Under the pieces are notes generated by a model. It saw only the letters and a program-made list of their open reading frames with translations, searched no databases and had not been told where the DNA came from. Positions 8,389 through 14,434 of a stretch of DNA of 14,434 nt are shown piece by piece. Position 1 is the stretch's first letter, and every line of letters starts with the position of its first letter. The position numbers and the translations under genes were made by a program. The DNA is from Thermoplasmatota archaeon (GTDB taxonomy: Archaea > Thermoplasmatota > Penumbrarchaeia > Penumbrarchaeales > Penumbrarchaeaceae): positions 1-14,434 of the forward strand of contig CBDDUX010000053.1 in NCBI GenBank assembly GCA_965234725.1, in the 5' to 3' direction.

Positions 8389-11300
8389 ATGGGATTTAAG
8401 AATTATGTGAAAATATTAATCGTGGTCCTACTTGTAGCTATCGCATTTTCGCCCATGCTAATGGACATGGGGGCAGATGCAGAGGAAACAAGAGCCCCGA
8501 ATTATTACGGCCATATCACTTCCGATGCAGTCTGGAGTGGTATCAAATGGTTCGATGACGTGATAATCGATCCCGGAGTAACCGTGACTGTCAATAGCGG
8601 GACTGTACTCCACCATTACAGCGGCTCCTACCTGTGGGTGCAGGGAACCATGATAGTGAAGGGAAAGGAAGGGAACCCCGTAATGTTCGGGGATGAGGAC
8701 AGTATCAATACATGGGACGGTATAACTGTAAACGAAACCGGCCTGGTGGATTTCGATAACTTCACCATCCAAAAGGTTCACGACTCATATGATGTCCTCA
8801 CCCTACTTGGGCAGCCCAGTAGGGTCAAGAATGGTATGATAATCGGAGGATATAACGGGATCGCTACGGGCATTTCCGCCGGAGGGCATCAAATCGAGGG
8901 CATAAGATTCATCGGTCAGAATTCCATAGGAATGGTCTTTCGGGAGAATGTCGATGATATGATCGTGTCGAATGTTTCGATAATGAATGTCAAATGGGGG
9001 GCCATCGTAACCTCATCAAGCCAGAATATCACAATCAAAAATGCGGTCACAGATGGCGGATATTACGGATATGCTGCAACCGGAGATCCCAGTACACCGG
9101 GAAGAAACATCACCTTCATCAACTGCGTTCTCAACAACAGAAGCGCAGTCGGACCAACGAACGGGTTCTGGATGGAAAATAATATAGACAATATCCATGT
9201 CATTGGCGGAAGAGTGGAAAATTGCGCCCATGGGGTTTACTTCAACTGCTACGGTAACGCAGGGATCAAATTCGAGGATTTCAGCACCTCGAATACCGTC
9301 GATGATGCGATATATGGCTTTTCTACGGGTGAGTTCTCAGCTTCGTTCGTGAACTGCGATCTGGGGTCCTCCGTGAATACCGCAAATATGACTGCTGTGT
9401 CTCCTCAAAGGGTCGAGCTGATCAACACCTCCTACACCGAATTGTCTAATTTCGATCTATTCGGCGATTGCATCGTCAACATCAGCTATTTCACGAATGT
9501 CGAGGTCCTGAACGGAAACGGGGATCCCGCGGACGTGAACCTCGAGATCTATCCATGGGGACTCGGTAATGTATTCGATGACCGGCTGGCGGACGGATGG
9601 CTCGATAAATATCAGCTCCAAAGCGTAGTGATAGACGAGACGGATAGGTACAAGATCCTTCACGATTTCAGAGCGAAATCCGTTCTTCCTTCCGAATCCG
9701 AGGTTGAAATGAATGAGGTATGGATAACGGGATACGGCACCATCAGCCTGTTTATGGACCTGGCCCCGTACAACAACTTCTCCACAGAGATCGAATTTCA
9801 GGAGGATGACAAGTTCGATATCGGACTTTACGATTACTTCGTCGATCCGGAAGGAGAGGATTTCACATGGGATATTTCAACCGGACCGGAACTCGTTCAC
9901 CATCTGATCCAGGCTCAGAAGACACTCAGATTGGAATCTGCGGAGGTAAACTGGTTCGGGACCAGCTGGGTGTACATCAACGCAACCGACGCGGGAGGTA
10001 ATTGGACTGATGTGAACGCCACCGTAACCGTTACATCCGTGAATGATCCACCTGCCCTAGTCCAGAACCTTCCGGAGCTTACCACACCGGAGGATACGCC
10101 GGTATGGCTCAACTTCTCCGGAAGGGCCGAAGATGATGATGGAGATTCCCTGACCTGGAGCGCCGAAGAGATCGAAAACTGCATGCTGTCATGGGACGAA
10201 TCCGGGTTGAACCTCACTGTCACACCCGATGAGAACTGGTTCGGGATCCTTGAGATCCCGGTAAAGGTCTCGGACGGAACGGTGAACCCCGAATGGATCC
10301 TGACAGTGAACGTCACACCGGTAAACGACATGCCAATGGTGAAGGTCCTATGGTCAAACGGAACCGAAGCGGAGCAGGTTGAATACGCCTGGAACGAGAC
10401 AACCAACATCACCGTGTGGGAGATCGATACAAAGGAGGACGTCCCGATCGAGTTCGGATTCTACTACGACGACGTGGAGACGGATGAACCCGCTTCCATC
10501 CTCATATACAGCGATCTTATGCACGGAGCCTTAGATCTCACGGTCTATCAGCGGGAGGAGATCGTGAACGAGACAACCAACGAGACCGCAATGGTGGATT
10601 ACACCATTACCTCAAACTACACCTATACTCCGGATGCGGACGACTTCGCAGGGGATCTGATCCAGTTCAACATATCTGACGGAGTGGGGGAGGTTACCCT
10701 CTGGATCTGGTTCAACGTGAAGTCATTGAATGACAGACCCGTCTTCAATGCTCCCGACGAGTGGAACGTCAGCGTCGAGATCGACAACGAGACGGTAATA
10801 GATATCGGCACCTGGATATCCGACGTGGACGGAAACGTCCTGTCCATATCCGTTGATCCCGATGAATTCATAACCATCAACGGAACACAGCTCGAGATCC
10901 TCTACAACGATACATTCGAGGGGGATCACCAAAATGTTACCGTGACCATATCGGACGGTGTCCTGACCGCCGGAGCGGTCCTCCTAATCAACGTAACAAG
11001 AGGGGAGGGACCAGGTCCAGGTCCTGAGGGCGAATTCAATGTCACCCATCCCGAGGTGAAATCCACTGAGGACGGATGGACGATCACCGTGGAAGGTGAG
11101 GAAGGACAGAGCATCTACCTCGCCGTTGTGGATGATGACGGACCGGGGACATTTTTTGAGATGGACTACGAGGACGGAAAGTACATTGTTACCGTCGATA
11201 AAGACGATGCCGATGAGGGATTTGACTACTACTTCACAGACGAGGACGGGGGGGATCAGCTCCTTGACGGAGGGTCACTGCCCTCGCTCAAGAAGGAGGA

Positions 11301-11424
11301 GGAGAAGGACGAGCCTTTCCCGTGGTGGATAGTTGCGATGGTCCTCGCGATCCTCCTCATCGGTGTGATCATCCTCCTGTTCATCGTAATGAGTGCGGGC
11401 AAACCCGATATGGACGAGGAGTGA
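8389..11424 (+). CDS. Membrane-anchored surface protein: N-terminal parallel beta-helix, cadherin/tandem-95-like Ig repeats, C-terminal TM
   Basis: The ORF track starts at TTG 8353, but ATG 8389 (MGFKNYVKILIVVLLVAIAFSPML) gives a better signal peptide. Beta-helix motifs include IIDPGVTVTV..G, G.EGNPV.F and WDGI. Cadherin-like linkers include VTVTSVNDPP, VNVTPVNDMP, VKSLNDRPVF, T.ED and D.DGD.L. The TM FPWWIVAMVLAILLIGVIILLFIVM precedes a short acidic end (DMDEE*). Confidence 0.88.
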   Translation: MGFKNYVKILIVVLLVAIAFSPMLMDMGADAEETRAPNYYGHITSDAVWSGIKWFDDVIIDPGVTVTVNSGTVLHHYSGSYLWVQGTMIVKGKEGNPVMFGDEDSINTWDGITVNETGLVDFDNFTIQKVHDSYDVLTLLGQPSRVKNGMIIGGYNGIATGISAGGHQIEGIRFIGQNSIGMVFRENVDDMIVSNVSIMNVKWGAIVTSSSQNITIKNAVTDGGYYGYAATGDPSTPGRNITFINCVLNNRSAVGPTNGFWMENNIDNIHVIGGRVENCAHGVYFNCYGNAGIKFEDFSTSNTVDDAIYGFSTGEFSASFVNCDLGSSVNTANMTAVSPQRVELINTSYTELSNFDLFGDCIVNISYFTNVEVLNGNGDPADVNLEIYPWGLGNVFDDRLADGWLDKYQLQSVVIDETDRYKILHDFRAKSVLPSESEVEMNEVWITGYGTISLFMDLAPYNNFSTEIEFQEDDKFDIGLYDYFVDPEGEDFTWDISTGPELVHHLIQAQKTLRLESAEVNWFGTSWVYINATDAGGNWTDVNATVTVTSVNDPPALVQNLPELTTPEDTPVWLNFSGRAEDDDGDSLTWSAEEIENCMLSWDESGLNLTVTPDENWFGILEIPVKVSDGTVNPEWILTVNVTPVNDMPMVKVLWSNGTEAEQVEYAWNETTNITVWEIDTKEDVPIEFGFYYDDVETDEPASILIYSDLMHGALDLTVYQREEIVNETTNETAMVDYTITSNYTYTPDADDFAGDLIQFNISDGVGEVTLWIWFNVKSLNDRPVFNAPDEWNVSVEIDNETVIDIGTWISDVDGNVLSISVDPDEFITINGTQLEILYNDTFEGDHQNVTVTISDGVLTAGAVLLINVTRGEGPGPGPEGEFNVTHPEVKSTEDGWTITVEGEEGQSIYLAVVDDDGPGTFFEMDYEDGKYIVTVDKDDADEGFDYYFTDEDGGDQLLDGGSLPSLKKEEEKDEPFPWWIVAMVLAILLIGVIILLFIVMSAGKPDMDEE

Positions 11425-11562
11425 TCGTTTCGGAAGAGGAAGCCAGGGATTGAAGAAGAAAAATCTGAAAAAGAGACTTCACCTGAGGATACAGGTCAAT
11501 CAGAGGATGAAAAACAAGCATACGAGAAGCTCTATGATTCAAATTTAGATGACGTGTTCTAG
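11425..11562 (+). pseudogene. Orphan 45-codon cytoplasmic-tail-like reading frame, in frame with and directly after the ORF3 TGA
   Basis: It translates as SFRKRKPGIEEEKSEKETSPEDTGQSEDEKQAYEKLYDSNLDDVF* (TAG 11560-11562) and has no start codon. An RKRK stop-transfer cluster plus acidic tail resembles the post-TM tail of ORF1 (KKRKGSDS...). Confidence 0.55.
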
Positions 11563-11623
11563 TTCCGAACATTTCACCTAAAAATAGCGAAATAATATGC
11601 AATAAATACCATAAAAATAAAAG

Positions 11624-11779
11624 AGTGTCGGGGACGGGGTTTATCTAGTTAAGTCAAATAACCTGGAAAATGCTTCGAAAAACCCCTTTTCGAGAAAAGA
11701 TTTCCGAGCGGATGACGGATGGAAACGGTCCGTACCGAGATATAAAGAAGCCCCTTTCAATGCGTCGGAAGGGGCTTCA
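11624..11779 (+). repeat. Junction element J4a; direct repeat of 5054-5211
   Basis: About 94% identical to J2 by manual alignment, offset 6570 bp, same orientation. Terminal stem GAAGCCCCTT/AAGGGGCTTC at 11747-11756/11769-11778. Confidence 0.9.
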
Positions 11780-11809
11780 CTCATTTTTTCAGTTAATTTG
11801 TGACTTTAG

Positions 11810-11895
11810 AAACTGTAAAAAATGAAATGATCTCTTTTGGATGTCTTCAAGAGAAATCCAAATACATATCAGAAAAAGGCAAGGTTTCGGGGTCC
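11810..11895 (+). repeat. Junction element J4b; diverged copy of the J1 downstream module, tandem to J4a
   Basis: AAACTGTAAAAAATGA (11810-11825) matches AAACTGTCAAAAATGA (66-81) at 15/16. GATGTCTTCAAGAGAAATC matches GATGCCTTCAAGAGAGATC at 17/19, followed by the same 12-nt spacing to AGAAAA(A/G)GGC and then TTCGGGG. The stem TCTCTT/AAGAGA (11831-11836/11849-11854) is present, but the last hairpin is degenerate. Confidence 0.65.
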
Positions 11896-11917
11896 ATAAT
11901 TGTTCTAATTAAACACA

Positions 11918-11997
11918 GATAAATTTATTAACCATAGAAATGAAGTAGGACAAAGATTAATTATTATCCTCATGTTGAAATTTCTGAAACAGGGTGA
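11918..11997 (+). promoter_or_regulatory. Putative BRE/TATA and ribosome-binding site of ORF4
   Basis: GATAAA-TTTATTAA at 11918-11931, and GGTGA at 11993-11997 just upstream of ATG 12002. Confidence 0.45.
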
Positions 11998-12001
11998 ACA
12001 T

Positions 12002-14434
12002 ATGAAGAAATTACACATTTTGGTTATTGGAATGATATCTATTTTCTATTTGTCTGTTCTTACAATTTTTCCTTTGTATTCCGCTGAGATTACTTCAAGA
12101 CATTCTGGAGACATTGCTGATGCAACATATGGTTCTAACTCGGTAACTATCGATGGAACCATTACCACTGGAGAATGGAATGACGCAAATACTATCAACT
12201 TGGTCAGCGGAGGTGACTCTCTAACGATTTATATCAAGGAGAATGGAATGGATCTCTATGTTGGTTATCAATGTACATCGAAATTCATTTGCGATATTTA
12301 TCTTGATGTCGACAACAATGGTGGAACAACTCCTCAAACTGACGACTTCAGACTCCATGCATCCTACATGGTTTATGAAATGTCAGGGACAGGTTCAGGT
12401 TGGAATAATGGGATCAATCCTGTTGGGTGGTCTTCCACCATCGGTCACACAATGGAAAGAGAATTTCAAATATCCTATGACAAGATCGGTATTACAGCAG
12501 GTGAAGATAAAACAATTGGTATTGCTTTTGTCGTCATGTCTGAATCGGCGACATTCTACTGGCCCACTGGTTATACAAGAGATAATCCAACCACATGGGG
12601 AGATCTGACATCATCAGATTGGTGGACCACGGAAAAACCTACTCAAAATAATCCTCCCGTTCTTTCCGATAACAATGCCTCTCCCACTTGGGGAACCACA
12701 GAGATCGAATATACTTTTTCAGTTGAATACAGCGACAGTGATAATGATCAGCCCACCATTAGTTCAGTCTTCATTGATGATGTTGAAAGAATAATGACAA
12801 CTGGAGATACAACTTACGATGATGGAAGTGTTTTCACATTAACTACCAGTCTTCTCGAAGGGGACCACAATTATCATTTCCTGTTCAACGATTCCGAAGA
12901 AGAGGTGAGGTTCCCTGAAACCGAAGATTTTTCCGGCCCTACCATTGTGCTTCCAAATGAAGCTCCAGATCTCGATGAGGGGGGAATTCCAAATGGTACC
13001 TTTTTTATCGATGAGGATACCGGACAGGGAAATAATCTGGTTGACCTTGAAACCTATTTTTCTGATGACAGGGATGATGGATATCTTCTATTCGAGATTG
13101 TTTATCAAGAGAATTCCCTGAAACTCAATGGAGACATTGATGGGAATTATTTGGATATTGAACAGATTGAAGAGAATTGGTTCGGAACAATGACCTTCCA
13201 AGTAAAAGCAACTGACAAGGGAATCGATGGTATCAGTGGGACCATTGATGATGCATCCACGATCAGCAATTTATTCGAGATCTCGGTTAATGGAACCAAT
13301 GATATTCCATCAATTTTATCAATAGGTCCCAGAGATGCAGCAGAAGGGGAGATCGTAGAATTTGTAGGCCTTTCCTCGGCACAAGAGGATAGATGGTTCA
13401 ATCTCACTATTACTGCAACTGATATTGATATTGAAACCGGTGGAGATGATGAACTGGTTTTTTGGGTTAATTCCACCCTGTTTTCATTGGTGGAAGATCC
13501 TTATGATCCATTCATCGCCAACCTTTCTTTCCTGCCCACAAATATTGATGTGGGGACACATCATATTCAGGTTGGTGTTGAGGATCTTTCAGGAAATAAT
13601 GATACTGTTGATGTGGTCATTGAAGTTGAGAATATAAATGACGACCCATTCATAGAAAGCATCAACCTAAATGGGTTAAATATTGATGTTACAGAAGAAA
13701 CAATAACTTTTTCTGACACGATCTTTGCCGAAGAAGATAAATGGTTCAATTTCTCGGTTATCGCAAAAGATGATGATCAAAGTATCAGGGAACCAGATGA
13801 ACTTGAATATTCGATAAATATCTCCAATCCCAATTTGCAGATCGATAAATTGACCGGAAACATCTCCTTTTTACCCACTCAAGATGATGTGGGTTTCCAT
13901 TACCTGAATATCTCTGTAATGGATAGTTTCGATATGGACCCAGATGATCATATACATGTGATCATCGAGGTCAGGAATACAAATGATCCTCCTTCTCAAC
14001 CATTGGCCACCTTTGAAACAGGGGGTGAAAATATAATGGAAGGGGATTACCTGAACATGACAGCCTTTTCTTCTGATATTGATATGGAATATGATCCCGA
14101 TGAATCGCTTTATTTCACATGGGTGTCAGATATAGATGGTGTTCTTGGATCTGGTAACACGATACAGGTCAATACTCTCTCCTTGGGATCACATAATATT
14201 ACATTGACGGTAACAGATCATTATGGTGCAGGTTCCTATATCAAATTCAATGTGAACGTTTCAGCACTTCCCGTTATCAACGATACCATTCCTGACGATG
14301 ATGAGGTCTTGGAGGATAAAACAGAGAAAAGTCCATCGATATTTGGTTTCATAATTATTATCGCTGCTGTTGTTTTGATATTGATAGGTGGAAAGGTCCA
14401 ACACATCGTTTACCCTAAAAGGCTCAACACATCG
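12002..14434 (+). CDS. Secreted/membrane-anchored surface protein (partial, runs off window): N-terminal DOMON/CBM9-like domain, then cadherin/Ig/PKD-like repeats and a C-terminal hydrophobic segment
   Basis: It is absent from the ORF track, presumably because no stop codon is reached before the window end. I translated both ends by hand in the same frame and spot-read motifs in between. The N-terminus reads MKKLHILVIGMISIFYLSVLTIFPLYSAE...VTIDGTITTGEWNDA...LYVG...DIYLDVDNNGG...EREFQISYDKIG. Internal linkers include NNPPVL, VNGTNDIP, VENINDDP and VRNTNDPP. The end reads ...SPSIFGFIIIIAAVVLILIGGKVQHIVYPKRLNTS. An alternative in-frame ATG is at 11972. Confidence 0.85.
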   Translation, partial: MKKLHILVIGMISIFYLSVLTIFPLYSAEITSRHSGDIADATYGSNSVTIDGTITTGEWNDANTINLVSGGDSLTIYIKENGMDLYVGYQCTSKFICDIYLDVDNNGGTTPQTDDFRLHASYMVYEMSGTGSGWNNGINPVGWSSTIGHTMEREFQISYDKIGITAGEDKTIGIAFVVMSESATFYWPTGYTRDNPTTWGDLTSSDWWTTEKPTQNNPPVLSDNNASPTWGTTEIEYTFSVEYSDSDNDQPTISSVFIDDVERIMTTGDTTYDDGSVFTLTTSLLEGDHNYHFLFNDSEEEVRFPETEDFSGPTIVLPNEAPDLDEGGIPNGTFFIDEDTGQGNNLVDLETYFSDDRDDGYLLFEIVYQENSLKLNGDIDGNYLDIEQIEENWFGTMTFQVKATDKGIDGISGTIDDASTISNLFEISVNGTNDIPSILSIGPRDAAEGEIVEFVGLSSAQEDRWFNLTITATDIDIETGGDDELVFWVNSTLFSLVEDPYDPFIANLSFLPTNIDVGTHHIQVGVEDLSGNNDTVDVVIEVENINDDPFIESINLNGLNIDVTEETITFSDTIFAEEDKWFNFSVIAKDDDQSIREPDELEYSINISNPNLQIDKLTGNISFLPTQDDVGFHYLNISVMDSFDMDPDDHIHVIIEVRNTNDPPSQPLATFETGGENIMEGDYLNMTAFSSDIDMEYDPDESLYFTWVSDIDGVLGSGNTIQVNTLSLGSHNITLTVTDHYGAGSYIKFNVNVSALPVINDTIPDDDEVLEDKTEKSPSIFGFIIIIAAVVLILIGGKVQHIVYPKRLNTS
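14389..14434. mobile_element. Probable terminus of an IS481-family-like insertion sequence interrupting the 3' end of ORF4
   Basis: The sequence is TGGAAAGGTCCAACACATCGTTTAC-CCTAAAAGGCTCAACACATCG. It starts with TG and contains AAAGG(TC/CT)CAACACATCG twice (14392-14408, 14418-14434; 15/17 identical, 26-bp period). The ACATCG(T/G)TTAC motif ~14 nt in from a TG end resembles IS481-type ends as I recall them. The ORF4 hydrophobic helix stops abruptly here. No transposase is visible. Confidence 0.5.

Noticed and set aside
11422..11424. Selenocysteine recoding of the ORF3 TGA
   Set aside because: The codon lies in a low-complexity cytoplasmic tail with no redox motif, and I cannot identify a convincing SECIS.
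463..13749. Short ORFs (60-165 aa) nested in or antisense to the four large genes
   Set aside because: These are shadow frames of long coding sequences, with no RBS or domain evidence.

Overview
This 14.4-kb window is probably from an archaeon (Thermoplasmatota-like). That is inferred from BRE/TATA-like promoters, GGTGA/AGGTGG ribosome-binding sites, an IAGC lipobox and the protein architectures. It holds four large, mutually unrelated cell-surface protein genes. ORF1 (212-4849, -) is an SBBP beta-propeller/FN3/Ig-repeat/TSP3-like membrane-anchored protein. ORF2 (5378-7915, -) is a NosD-like parallel beta-helix lipoprotein. ORF3 (8389-11424, +) is a GC-rich beta-helix plus cadherin/Ig-repeat membrane-anchored protein. 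ORF4 (12002->14434, +) is a DOMON/CBM9-like plus Ig-repeat protein that is missing from the ORF track and appears cut by an IS481-like end at the window edge. The main unexplained signal is intergenic. Every gene boundary (about 1-165, 5030-5211, 8060-8240 and 11624-11895) carries a related ~130-180-nt element, always in the same orientation whichever way the genes point. Each element has TGTCG box(es) (21-22 bp apart at three of the four junctions), a GGGTTT-initiated stem, a stem carrying GATGNC in or at its loop, a purine-rich linker and a final GC-rich hairpin (C-TTCG-G loop with compensatory changes in two copies). Two copies are ~94% identical over 158 nt. Together with a GC-discordant gene and an orphan in-frame cytoplasmic tail, this suggests a cassette-like array of surface-protein genes delimited by a structured repeat or recombination site. 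No recombinase is encoded in the window, so the mechanism is inference.
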